This document shows positions 53,206 through 62,998 of a stretch of DNA of 64,000 nucleotides, one piece after another. The stretch is taken from the IMG/VR virus record IMGVR_UViG_3300020325_000007. One strand, given 5' to 3'. Positions within the stretch are counted from its first letter, which is position 1, and every line of letters starts with the position of its first letter. The notes under the pieces are model-generated. The model was not told where the DNA came from. It was given only the letters and a program-made list of their open reading frames with translations, and did no database searches. The translations under genes and the position numbers were made by a program. This stretch comes from an uncultured virus (IMG/VR IMGVR_UViG_3300020325_000007) (Duplodnaviria; Heunggongvirae; Uroviricota; Caudoviricetes).

Positions 53206-55008
53206 ATGGGATTAACGCTAGGAAACAGAGCACTACCATTACCTTCTGATTTTATGGAAACCCCTACCTCAAGAATAGGTAAAGGTGTTGGAGTTCACAA
53301 AAGAGCATACGCAAAACTAAGATATATTGGTCGAAGTAATAAAGAAGGATATGTTATAGGATGTCCAAATGACGCGGTAAAAACCATTGAAAGTAATGTT
53401 CAACAAACTCATTCTAATTTATTAAGTTCAGAAGGTGGTAGATTAACACCAAGACCTGTTTTAGAATCTGTATCTATGGCAAACGATGGTGGACAAGACC
53501 TTTCAGACGCAATGTTATTTGAACTAAGTGTAAGTTGTAAAGTATATAATAAAAATGATTTTGACGCGATAGACCAAACTTTCTTTACGCCAGGACATAG
53601 ATGTGCAGTTGATATAGGATGGGTCGGTGGTGAAGCAGTTACTGTTAAAGGTGATATTTGTGGTTTTGACTTTTCAATCAATCAAGATTTATCTTATGAC
53701 GTTACCATAAAAATAGGTGGTATGACAGATGGTGTTAAAGGAGCAGACTTGATTTTTGGTAAAGGTATTTCTTTTGGTAGTCTTACCTACACAGACCCCG
53801 AAGATGATTCAAAAGAAATTACTCCAACAGATATAATAAGTGCATTAACAGCAGCATCTACTTTAAATAAGTCTCAAGCATTAGCAGGTACAGCAAGACA
53901 GTATAAAAACAATATATTAAATTCTCAATTTGTTACAGTAAAACATATACAAGATGAAGGTGGTTGGTCAAACTTTTGGGGAACCAACAGAGAATCTATG
54001 GATTATATAAATCTTAAAAGTTTAGTTTCACTAATAAATAGAAATGTAAAAGACGGTAAAGTTTTTGGTGATAATCCATTTGAGTTCGACATACAATACG
54101 GTAAGAATAATAAAATGGACAAAAATATATTTTCGGCAGACCCGTATACGATGTTACTATCTCATAGTACAAGTGCACTTGAATATGGTCCAAAAGCAAA
54201 GTTAACAGGTGCACCACAGGGGTCAACACCTGAAAGTAACATATATTTGTCAATAGCGTATTTACAAACTCAATACGACCAACTGAAAAACCCACCAACA
54301 ATGGGTGAAGACGGTGGAGAAAATAAAGAAAAAGCAGTATCTACTGTGAAATACTTACAAACTATATTTAATAAAATAAAAGATTGTTCGGGTGGTTACA
54401 TTCGTTTGTATTTTTATTCAGACCCCGACCAAGAGGGACAGTTAATTATTTGTAATAGAGGAAATAATGTAAGTAATAACTTCACTAAAATATCTATGAC
54501 GAATGGATTTGAAAAGGGTATTAGAGATGTTAACTTAACGTCTAATTTAGATTCAGATATGATTGGACTTGCTACCAACGCAGCAATGTCAGGAAAATAT
54601 AGTAGTCAATTAGGAAAACTATATCCCGACTGTTACAGAAAACCCGATGATAGTCAAAAAAACGATACAGGTCCCTCTGCAGAGGAAAGATTAGACGAAG
54701 CAAAAACGGGTCTTGGTGATAGAATTAGTGAAGACGATGTTACAACAGCAAAATCTGCATTAAAAACATATGTCATGGGATTAAATGAAATTCCAACTTT
54801 AACATACAGTTTAGAAGCAACTGTAAAATTTGACGGATATGCAAGTCCTGATGGTGGTCCTAAGTATGGTGACGCATTTCAAATAGATAGATTACCCGCA
54901 AGAATGAATACTTCTAATATATTCTTCGTAGTAACAAAGATAGCAAACGATTACAGTGCAGGTGATTGGACAACAACTGTAACAGGTTTAATGATGGTAG
55001 GTAAATAA
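53206..55008 (+). CDS. probable baseplate hub protein
   Basis: 600 aa after LysM gene; C-terminal FVVTKI...WTTTVTG. Confidence 0.5.
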   Translation: MGLTLGNRALPLPSDFMETPTSRIGKGVGVHKRAYAKLRYIGRSNKEGYVIGCPNDAVKTIESNVQQTHSNLLSSEGGRLTPRPVLESVSMANDGGQDLSDAMLFELSVSCKVYNKNDFDAIDQTFFTPGHRCAVDIGWVGGEAVTVKGDICGFDFSINQDLSYDVTIKIGGMTDGVKGADLIFGKGISFGSLTYTDPEDDSKEITPTDIISALTAASTLNKSQALAGTARQYKNNILNSQFVTVKHIQDEGGWSNFWGTNRESMDYINLKSLVSLINRNVKDGKVFGDNPFEFDIQYGKNNKMDKNIFSADPYTMLLSHSTSALEYGPKAKLTGAPQGSTPESNIYLSIAYLQTQYDQLKNPPTMGEDGGENKEKAVSTVKYLQTIFNKIKDCSGGYIRLYFYSDPDQEGQLIICNRGNNVSNNFTKISMTNGFEKGIRDVNLTSNLDSDMIGLATNAAMSGKYSSQLGKLYPDCYRKPDDSQKNDTGPSAEERLDEAKTGLGDRISEDDVTTAKSALKTYVMGLNEIPTLTYSLEATVKFDGYASPDGGPKYGDAFQIDRLPARMNTSNIFFVVTKIANDYSAGDWTTTVTGLMMVGK

Positions 55009-55580
55009 TGGGAAGACAACGAATATATTATCCAAGAGGAGCACAGAGACAAGGTCTTTACACATCAGGTGGACAGTGGATGTCTGAAGATGGTGCAGAG
55101 TGGGTTGGTCAATATCATATTTACACGAACACAGGTGAAGTATTCACAGAACCCGAATATGTAAAAGGTAAATCTGTAAAATTAATACCTTACGCAAATT
55201 TGGGTGAAGAAAATCAAAGAAGAACTTTTCAATATAACAAAATCAAAAAAATAGATGATTACGAACCTACTGTAACACTACCTGACCCATACTTTCCACA
55301 ACCAACGGGGGAAGATTACGATACGGGATACGTTGTTAGATACTTTCTTCAAAAAAAGGGAAGTAGAGTTATATTCGAGGTTAGTAAAGATGGATTTAGT
55401 TTTGAAGACCCTAATTACCATAAATGTGAATTAAAGTGGAAGATATCAGGTCCACTAAACGACTTAAACGGTATAAGTGGTATCATAGACACAAATCAGA
55501 GAACTGTACTCTTAAAAAGAAAAGAAATGCCTTTCATAGATTCTTATTTAACCGACCTTACTCAGTTGGCAAAAAATTAA
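55008..55580 (+). CDS. hypothetical baseplate-region protein
   Basis: 190 aa, TAATG coupling. Confidence 0.6.
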   Translation: MGRQRIYYPRGAQRQGLYTSGGQWMSEDGAEWVGQYHIYTNTGEVFTEPEYVKGKSVKLIPYANLGEENQRRTFQYNKIKKIDDYEPTVTLPDPYFPQPTGEDYDTGYVVRYFLQKKGSRVIFEVSKDGFSFEDPNYHKCELKWKISGPLNDLNGISGIIDTNQRTVLLKRKEMPFIDSYLTDLTQLAKN

Positions 55581-55642
55581 CAAAATTTAACATAAATTTA
55601 ACATTAGAAATTTGGATATCTCGGCAAATTGTCGTACTTTAG
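55577..55642 (+). promoter_or_regulatory. Bacteroidota-type promoter with upstream TTAACA direct repeats
   Basis: TTAACA at 55577, 55587, 55598; TTTG 55611-14; 20 nt; TACTTTAG 55635-42. Confidence 0.65.
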
Positions 55643-55661
55643 TAGTGTAAGATTAAGAGAT

Positions 55662-55880
55662 ATGATAAAATCAAAAGAAAACAAAAAAGTAGGAATCGAA
55701 ATCGATTTAACAGGACCCGATGGTAATGCTTATGCAATCTTAGGTTTAGCTAAAAGATTATGTAGAGAATTTGATATTCCATTCAACCCACTAATGAAAA
55801 AAATGACAAGTGGTGATTATGAGAATCTAATCAAAGTATTCGATGATAAGTTCGGTTCTTTTGTAACAATGTACAGATAA
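55662..55880 (+). CDS. small hypothetical protein (IDLTGPDGNAY motif)
   Basis: ATG 55662 preferred over TTG 55629, which lies inside the promoter. Confidence 0.65.
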   Translation: MIKSKENKKVGIEIDLTGPDGNAYAILGLAKRLCREFDIPFNPLMKKMTSGDYENLIKVFDDKFGSFVTMYR

Positions 55881-55890
55881 AATAAAAATT

Positions 55891-56211
55891 ATGATTAAAT
55901 ACGGAATAAAAATTACAAAACCTTGGTCAAAAGAAATGTATGACCATAATGACTTAGTTTCAGATACGATGAAACATAACATTGTTGAGTCAATTGTTAA
56001 ATACCAAAACGATTTTGATAAACTTAATGACCTGATGGTTCTTTGTGGTGGTATCAAGTACGGTGATGGTTATAGTATCGATGAACTTTACGCAGATGTT
56101 CACGATGAAGTTTACAATGTTCAAAACTATTGGTTACATCAAGAGTATCCTTACTATGTTGAAAAAGGGTTAGTTGAAAAAGTTGATTTAGAATTTATAG
56201 GATATGAATAA
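55891..56211 (+). CDS. hypothetical protein
   Basis: 106 aa. Confidence 0.6.
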   Translation: MIKYGIKITKPWSKEMYDHNDLVSDTMKHNIVESIVKYQNDFDKLNDLMVLCGGIKYGDGYSIDELYADVHDEVYNVQNYWLHQEYPYYVEKGLVEKVDLEFIGYE

Positions 56212-56431
56212 AATAGGATTTGAAAAATTAGAAAAAATTAAAGACGAACTCGGAGATTTTGAAATCGGACAAGTGTGGGGTGGTGGAAATCCACTCTACT
56301 TACGATTTGGATATTGGTTTCAAAAAGACGTGAATAAAATCCAAGAAATTATAGGTAATAGTGCAAAAGTGATTGAGAGTGAAATCTACGATGATGATTG
56401 TGGATGGAAGTACTCTTATCATTTAACATAA
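56204..56431 (+). CDS. hypothetical protein
   Basis: 75 aa, overlaps upstream gene. Confidence 0.55.
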   Translation: MNKIGFEKLEKIKDELGDFEIGQVWGGGNPLYLRFGYWFQKDVNKIQEIIGNSAKVIESEIYDDDCGWKYSYHLT

Positions 56432-56467
56432 TAAATTTGGATAATTCATAAAAGTTTCGTATATTAG
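56423..56467 (+). promoter_or_regulatory. Bacteroidota-type promoter
   Basis: TTAACA 56423-28, TTTG 56436-39, 20 nt, TATATTAG 56460-67. Confidence 0.65.
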
Positions 56468-56473
56468 TTACGC

Positions 56474-57697
56474 ATGAAGATTGTAGATAGTCCAAAACAG
56501 TTAAGGAAACATATATCCCAACTTAACAGGGAGAAAATACTCGTATACCCTATTTTAACGAGTTTAGAGAAACATTCTACCCTGTCAAGGATATCTTCTA
56601 TCATTTTATCAGATGGTGTCTTAGACCTCTTCATAAACTACAATAATATAGACTCAGACAATGTAAAGGAAAAAGTTGATTTTAGTCAATTTAAAGAAGT
56701 ATGGGTTGTTGGTCTAAAAGAATTCTTATATCATTATGATTTTTTACCAAATATGTACGATGTTGAAATGTCACTGTTTTGGCAAGACAAAGATTTCGAA
56801 GTAGAAGAGAAACGTATATATACTGTATTCAGACGAAGGAACGCACCGAGAGCAAATGACTTGATTCCTATATGGAAACATTATGAACAGTTCAAAGAGT
56901 GGAAGAAATTTTACGGTGATGTAAAAATTTCTAAATTCTCACAACTTTATCCAAAAGGATTACAATGGATAGAAAAGAATGGATTGTCAACTGAATCAGG
57001 TTTAGAATATACTCAATACAATTCACTTACAACAACATCAAGACCTTCAAATACATTTGGTGGGATTAATTACGCAGCGTTGAAAAAAGATGGTGGAGTA
57101 AGAGACCGATTTGTATCACGATTTGATGGGGGTAAACTATACCAACTTGACTTTGATGGATATCATATTAGGTTGATTGGAAAATTGATTGGAGTTGACA
57201 TACCATTAGATGTGAAAGCACACAAATGGTTAGCAGACCAATATGGGGCAGATATCAAAGACGCAAAAGCAATCACATTTAGACAGTTGTATGGTGGGGT
57301 TGAAGATGAGTATTATCATATTCCGTTCTTTCAAAAGACATCTGAGTATATAAACTCACTATGGATGGACTTTTTAAGGAATCGACTCACAAATACACCA
57401 ATTATGAGTCGATTAATTAAAATAAACGACTCACTAAATAAAAATAAACTATTTAATTATATCCTACAGTCGGTTGAGACAGAAAGAAACATACTTATAT
57501 TAGATAAACTGAGTAGACTTGATATGGGTCAAAAAACAATACCTATATTATACACATACGATTCTATTCTATTCGATGGTCATGAGGATGATATTGAATA
57601 TATCAAAGAAGTTAAACGAATAATGGAGAAAGACGGGTTTCCAACTGAGGTTGAATCAGGAAATAATTACGGAAACATGGTTACTACAAATATTTAG
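56474..57697 (+). CDS. short family A DNA polymerase-like protein
   Basis: TTTSRPS, motif A LDFDGYHIRL, motif B AKAITFRQLYG, NYILQS, motif C YTYDS. Confidence 0.75.
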   Translation: MKIVDSPKQLRKHISQLNREKILVYPILTSLEKHSTLSRISSIILSDGVLDLFINYNNIDSDNVKEKVDFSQFKEVWVVGLKEFLYHYDFLPNMYDVEMSLFWQDKDFEVEEKRIYTVFRRRNAPRANDLIPIWKHYEQFKEWKKFYGDVKISKFSQLYPKGLQWIEKNGLSTESGLEYTQYNSLTTTSRPSNTFGGINYAALKKDGGVRDRFVSRFDGGKLYQLDFDGYHIRLIGKLIGVDIPLDVKAHKWLADQYGADIKDAKAITFRQLYGGVEDEYYHIPFFQKTSEYINSLWMDFLRNRLTNTPIMSRLIKINDSLNKNKLFNYILQSVETERNILILDKLSRLDMGQKTIPILYTYDSILFDGHEDDIEYIKEVKRIMEKDGFPTEVESGNNYGNMVTTNI

Positions 57698-57709
57698 ATA
57701 TTTATTGTT

Positions 57710-59737
57710 ATGAGAAACACCCATTCTAAATTCATAGATAAAATATTAAAAGAAATTTGGTCAGATATAGATACAAAAATGAACGATGGTATCTATACCG
57801 AAGAGTTTCTTACGTCATTATACAACAAACTATCAGAATATGTTGATGAAGAATTTGCGAGAGAGTTCTTACGAGAGATTGAAACTACATCAGGTGAAGA
57901 AAAACCTGAAACAGGTGATGAGAAAGAACTTGATAGTGACGAAAAGTATGATATGATGACTCAAGCAGAGAGAGATAAACTTAAACAATCAAAAGAAACA
58001 GATGATGAATTAGCCAAATCAACAAACGAAGGGTTTATCAATGAAGCAGGGTTTACATACACTGAACTAACAAAATCAGGTGGTAAATATCAACCACCAT
58101 TTTTAGCACATATACAGAATGGAAAAGAATTTGATTTAGATGGTGACTATGAAGGTGAAAAAGATGTCTTAGTAAAAAACAATTTAGATTTAACAGGATT
58201 TGGTGATAAATCGTTATTACAAATACTAAGTGGTGGGACTAAAGAAGAGGCGAAAGAATTTTTCAAATCAAACTCAGAACCGATACTTGTTGGTAAAAGT
58301 GGTAGAAAGTATTCTTTAAATCAGATATCAAAATCTACATTTACAGGTCAAGGTGGTGGAACTAAACCAACTGACGCCGCATATTATGAAATGGGTATTT
58401 CGGTAGAGTACAATAAACTAAAAGGAATGAACACAAAAACTGCAAAAGAAAAAGCAGAAGTTGATTTCAAAAAATATAGTAAATACGAAAGTTATTTAAC
58501 AGAAGTTTGTGGTAAAGTTGCAAAAAACTTACCTGATGTTGGACCATATCTAAGACAAACAGGTGGTGATAGATTTTCTCCATCTAAAGAATGGCCTTCA
58601 TCTGATGGAACTCCAAAAACAGATATATTTGGTGGGTCAAACAACAGAATCAGTGTAAAGAAAGTTGGTGGTTCACAATTAGTAAGTGGTAAAGGTGGTG
58701 ACGCCAAAGGTGTATTTAAAGGTGGTTTGTCTTTCTATGACAAATATGATTCAAAAGATGGTCAGTCACATATAAAGTATGTAATTGATAATATAGAAAA
58801 AGATTTTAAAACATACAACTCAGATAATCAAGTTGGTGATATCAGAAAACAAGCAGGTGAGGCATTTGTAAAGTGGAGAGTTTCACAAATAAAATCAAAA
58901 GCAAAACCATCTGATATAGAAAAACACGCAAAAGCAGAAGCGATTGGTGCAGGTATTATTGGAGCAAGAGGTAAATGGAATACATGGTTCGTTGATGATG
59001 TAAAACCATTGGATGACAAAGCAGTACTAAAATGGTTTAGTGGATATTGGAAATCATTGGGTAATGAAGTATTACAAGGTGAGATGAAGAATGTAATCGA
59101 GATGGCAATTGACCATAAAAGAATTGACGCAAACTTCAAACAAGCATTCCAAAATGATAGTTTCAAAAAATGGTGTGTATATGAAGCATCTGCAGGAACA
59201 TATAAATTTACAGGTGTCGCGGATACAGCAGCATCAAATGACGCAGTCGCAAATAAAATATTAGTATTCGGTGAGGATGGTAAAGTAAAAGTCAAAGAAA
59301 TAACACCATCATGGGCGAGCGGGTACGCATCAAATGTTACTCCTATCGTAGCATTCAAATCTTCAGGTCGTTCTAAATTTACGGCGTTTAGATTAATGCA
59401 AGAAGGATATAATCCTTACAAATCAGGATTTGAAAATGATTTGAATACAATCATAAAAGAAGAAACAGGTAAAATAGACACCTTAATAACTGAATCAGTA
59501 GAACAAATGGATTTACTCCTAAATGAAATCAGTGTAAAGGGTATTTTAAAAAGTATTGGTAGAATAGCAAAAAAATTATTGAAAAAGATAACAGACTCTA
59601 TCAAAAACTTTTATGAAAGAGTTATTAAGAAAGTTTTAAAGAAGTTGAGAGAGTTTGCAAAATCAGGTATCGAAAAATTCTGTGATTATTTAGGAATAGA
59701 GATTAACGGGTCAGCAAATGTAGTAATCAACTTTTAA
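57710..59737 (+). CDS. hypothetical protein, possible PD-(D/E)XK-like core
   Basis: 675 aa; YYE...TPKTDI...ISVKK. Confidence 0.5.
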   Translation: MRNTHSKFIDKILKEIWSDIDTKMNDGIYTEEFLTSLYNKLSEYVDEEFAREFLREIETTSGEEKPETGDEKELDSDEKYDMMTQAERDKLKQSKETDDELAKSTNEGFINEAGFTYTELTKSGGKYQPPFLAHIQNGKEFDLDGDYEGEKDVLVKNNLDLTGFGDKSLLQILSGGTKEEAKEFFKSNSEPILVGKSGRKYSLNQISKSTFTGQGGGTKPTDAAYYEMGISVEYNKLKGMNTKTAKEKAEVDFKKYSKYESYLTEVCGKVAKNLPDVGPYLRQTGGDRFSPSKEWPSSDGTPKTDIFGGSNNRISVKKVGGSQLVSGKGGDAKGVFKGGLSFYDKYDSKDGQSHIKYVIDNIEKDFKTYNSDNQVGDIRKQAGEAFVKWRVSQIKSKAKPSDIEKHAKAEAIGAGIIGARGKWNTWFVDDVKPLDDKAVLKWFSGYWKSLGNEVLQGEMKNVIEMAIDHKRIDANFKQAFQNDSFKKWCVYEASAGTYKFTGVADTAASNDAVANKILVFGEDGKVKVKEITPSWASGYASNVTPIVAFKSSGRSKFTAFRLMQEGYNPYKSGFENDLNTIIKEETGKIDTLITESVEQMDLLLNEISVKGILKSIGRIAKKLLKKITDSIKNFYERVIKKVLKKLREFAKSGIEKFCDYLGIEINGSANVVINF

Positions 59738-59750
59738 TTGGAGAGAATGA

Positions 59751-60140
59751 GTGAGAACGCAATTATTATGTACATTTACTAATGAATTTGAGTTTGAGAA
59801 CATTCTTGAATCAGTTAATAATTCATTTGAACTATACAGTAGAAAAATATTTATATTAAAATTAAGTCCATCAAAAGAATTAGTTGTGAGTTACAATATT
59901 ATACCAAATCCAAACAACAAGTTTTTACCTAATACGATATTAACCCATCGTAAAAAGGAATCAAACACGTTGTACACGATAAACGCACTAAACAGGTTGA
60001 TTGCAGACTTGAACGGTGGTGTTGTCGATAAAAGTTATATGGTAAATTGGGAAGATTATAGAAACTCTATGATTTTAACAGACGCAGATGGATATAAAAT
60101 ATTAAAGACAAGTTTATTTAGAATAGTTAACGTAAACTAA
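59751..60140 (+). CDS. hypothetical protein
   Basis: GTG start with GGAG; LLCTF, HRKKESNTLYTINALN. Confidence 0.6.
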   Translation: MRTQLLCTFTNEFEFENILESVNNSFELYSRKIFILKLSPSKELVVSYNIIPNPNNKFLPNTILTHRKKESNTLYTINALNRLIADLNGGVVDKSYMVNWEDYRNSMILTDADGYKILKTSLFRIVNVN

Positions 60141-60146
60141 CAAGTT

Positions 60147-60968
60147 ATGAATGAAAATTCTGAGAATGTAGAGTGGAAACACGTCTACACTATTAAGGAA
60201 ATGACCCCTATTCAGGGATTAGAAAAAGGTCTAACTAACTTCACACCAAGACCCGTTGGTGGAAGAGGTAGTGATTTCAACGACCCAAAATTAGTAAATC
60301 CAAAAAAATATAGTTTAAGATACAACCCACCAAAAGATTGGCAGGGTATTAAGTACAACAATCATTGGTTTGGTTTAGTTCACTTATTAGAACAAACCCA
60401 TCATCATTTCAATATACAAGATTTTTTCCAAAAAGGAGCAGGTCCATATGAATACCAACGGAAATTACCAAGACGTAGAAGAGCATTAGAAATAGGTTCA
60501 TATATGGGTGAATCAGCAAGAATGATGATGGCATCGGGTATATTTGATGAATTACATATTATTGACCCATGGATTGGTGATGAAGAAGCAAATACGGCGT
60601 TTGATGAAACTTGGGATAGTGTAAAACACAAGTGTAAACAGAACATCTCACAATTCGGTGATAAAATTTTTATATACGAAGGATTTAGTCATGAGGTATA
60701 TGGTCAATTTATCGATAACAGTTTTGATTTTGTTTACATAGACGCAGCACATGATTATGAATCTGTTAAAAAAGATATAATACTATATAATCGTAAATTA
60801 AAACACGGTGGAATTATGGCAGGTAACGATTACTACAACACTTCAGGTCATCACAAAGGAGTTGGTAAGGCAGTAGATGAGATGTGGGGTAAAAAAAATG
60901 TAGAGAGGTTCATAGACAGTAGTTGGTGGACTGTAAAACCAAGACTAAAACACACCACTCCAAAATAG
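60147..60968 (+). CDS. class I SAM-dependent methyltransferase (Methyltransf_24-like)
   Basis: LEIGSYMGES, FDFVYIDAAHDYESV..D, GGIMAGNDY. Confidence 0.85.
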   Translation: MNENSENVEWKHVYTIKEMTPIQGLEKGLTNFTPRPVGGRGSDFNDPKLVNPKKYSLRYNPPKDWQGIKYNNHWFGLVHLLEQTHHHFNIQDFFQKGAGPYEYQRKLPRRRRALEIGSYMGESARMMMASGIFDELHIIDPWIGDEEANTAFDETWDSVKHKCKQNISQFGDKIFIYEGFSHEVYGQFIDNSFDFVYIDAAHDYESVKKDIILYNRKLKHGGIMAGNDYYNTSGHHKGVGKAVDEMWGKKNVERFIDSSWWTVKPRLKHTTPK

Positions 60969-60988
60969 GTTTTTTAATTATATTTTGC

Positions 60989-61067
60989 TATTTATATAAG
61001 TAGAATTGAAAGATTTAAAAAAAAATGAAAAAACATTTGGAATTGTCAACCAAATGTTGTATATTAG
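60989..61067 (+). promoter_or_regulatory. tandem promoters: TATTTATA and TTTG-N20-TATATTAG
   Basis: 60989-96; 61036-39 and 61060-67. Confidence 0.6.
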
Positions 61068-61106
61068 TGACAGTTTAACAATTAATAATAAATAAAAAGG
61101 TAAATT

Positions 61107-61868
61107 ATGGCAATTGATTTAGATGCAATTAGAAACCGTTTGAACTCGCTTCAAACAAAAGTTACAAAAACCGATAATCTGTGGAAACCACAGCCAGGTA
61201 AACAACAAGTAAGGATTCTCCCTTACGTTCACAATCCCTCTAACCCGTTCATTGAACTTTATTTCCATTTTGGATTTGGTGGTAAGAACATTATCTCTCC
61301 AAGTTCACATGGTGAAGCAGACCCTCTATTAGAGTTTGCAGAAAAACTAAGGTCAACAGGGAACAGAGACGACTATCAACTTTCAAGAAAACTTACTCCA
61401 AAGATGAGAACTTACGTTCCTGTCTTAGTAAGAGGTGAGGAATCAGAAGGTGTTAAGTTTTGGGGATTCGGTAAGAATGTATACCAAGAACTTCTTGGAT
61501 TCTTCGCTGACCCTGATTATGGTGATTTAACTGACCCTGTAAATGGTAGAGATATCACTGTTGAATTCAAAACAGCAGCAGAGTTAGGAAAAACTTATCC
61601 TGAAACTTACATCAGAGTAAAACCTAATACAACTCCTATCTCAGAAGATAAGAATGTATTAGAAACTGCTAAAGACCAAATTGAACTTCCTTCATTATTC
61701 AAAAAAGTTTCTTATGAGGAAATGGAAGGAATGTTGAAAGAATGGTTAGATACAGGTGAAGTTACTGATAAGAAACAAGAACCTAAAGTAGAAGTTACTG
61801 AGAAAACTGAAGCAACCTCTCCTGCGAGTAATGTAAAAGAGGCATTTGACGACTTATTTAACGACTAA
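61107..61868 (+). CDS. single-stranded DNA-binding protein (T4 gp32-like)
   Basis: VRILP, KFWGFGK, DPVNGRD, acidic tail FDDLFND. Confidence 0.85.
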   Translation: MAIDLDAIRNRLNSLQTKVTKTDNLWKPQPGKQQVRILPYVHNPSNPFIELYFHFGFGGKNIISPSSHGEADPLLEFAEKLRSTGNRDDYQLSRKLTPKMRTYVPVLVRGEESEGVKFWGFGKNVYQELLGFFADPDYGDLTDPVNGRDITVEFKTAAELGKTYPETYIRVKPNTTPISEDKNVLETAKDQIELPSLFKKVSYEEMEGMLKEWLDTGEVTDKKQEPKVEVTEKTEATSPASNVKEAFDDLFND

Positions 61869-61870
61869 AT

Positions 61871-62998
61871 ATGGCAAAGAAAAAGAATGTTCGTGATGAA
61901 CTATCTTCAATCTTGGCTGACAACCTGAACAAAAAGTTTAAATCCAACCACAAAGTTGCATACTTTTTAGATGGGGATGAACAGACACCCACCGACCTTG
62001 ACGGGTGGGTGTCCTCAGGTTCTCCGATGTTAGACCTTGCGATTTCAAACAGACCAAATGGTGGATTACCTGTTGGTAGAATTACTGAAATTACAGGATT
62101 AGAAGGAAGTGGTAAATCTTTATTAGCAGCACATGCAATAGCAGACACTCAAAAACAAGGTGGTCTTGGTGTTTACATAGATACTGAGAACGCATGTAAT
62201 ATGGAGTTTTTAGAAGCGATTGGTGTTGATATTAAAACGATGTTATACGTCCCTCTTGAAACAGTTGAAGATATTTTCGAAGCCATTGATTCTATTATAG
62301 AGTCGGTGAGGTCTTCAGACAAAAAGAAATTAGTTACGATAGTTGTAGATTCAGTCGCAGGGGCGTCAACTAAAGTAGAAATCTCAGCAGACTATGACCA
62401 AGCAGGTTACGCAACTCAAAAAGCAATCATTATATCGAAAGCAATGAGGAAGGTAACTAACTTGATTGGTAGAGAGAGAATTTCTTTAATTTTTACAAAC
62501 CAACTAAGAACAAGATTAGGTGTTTCATTCGGTGACCCTTGGACTACAAGTGGTGGTAAAGCAATCGCATTCCACTCGTCTTGTAGAATTAGGTTAAAAT
62601 CAATGGGACAACTTAAATCTAAAATAGGTGGAGTAGACCAAGTAGTTGGTATCAAAACAAGAGCACAAGTGATAAAGAACAGAATGGGTCCACCATTACG
62701 TTCAGTTGATTTTGATATCTACTTTGATAGTGGTATCGACAATTATGGTTCATGGTTACAAATGATGAAAACATATAAGTTGGTAACTCAAAGTGGTGCG
62801 TGGTATACCTATGTAGATAAAGAAACAGGTGAGGAACTAAAGTTCCAAGCAAAAACTTGGGATGACTTATTAGATAGTAGACCTGAGTTGAAAGATAGTA
62901 TCTACAATGAAATTTGTAATTCATATATTATGGCTTACAAAGAATCGAGTGCAGAAGCAAATATTGATAACGTTGAAGTAACAAGTTTTGATGAATAA
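61871..62998 (+). CDS. uvsX: RecA/UvsX recombinase
   Basis: GRITEITGLEGSGKS, YIDTE, IVVDSVA, TNQLR, TSGGKA, KNRMGPP. Confidence 0.93.
   Translation: MAKKKNVRDELSSILADNLNKKFKSNHKVAYFLDGDEQTPTDLDGWVSSGSPMLDLAISNRPNGGLPVGRITEITGLEGSGKSLLAAHAIADTQKQGGLGVYIDTENACNMEFLEAIGVDIKTMLYVPLETVEDIFEAIDSIIESVRSSDKKKLVTIVVDSVAGASTKVEISADYDQAGYATQKAIIISKAMRKVTNLIGRERISLIFTNQLRTRLGVSFGDPWTTSGGKAIAFHSSCRIRLKSMGQLKSKIGGVDQVVGIKTRAQVIKNRMGPPLRSVDFDIYFDSGIDNYGSWLQMMKTYKLVTQSGAWYTYVDKETGEELKFQAKTWDDLLDSRPELKDSIYNEICNSYIMAYKESSAEANIDNVEVTSFDE

Noticed and set aside
55629..55661. TTG start given by the ORF track
   Set aside because: Overlaps the promoter box; ATG 55662 is more plausible
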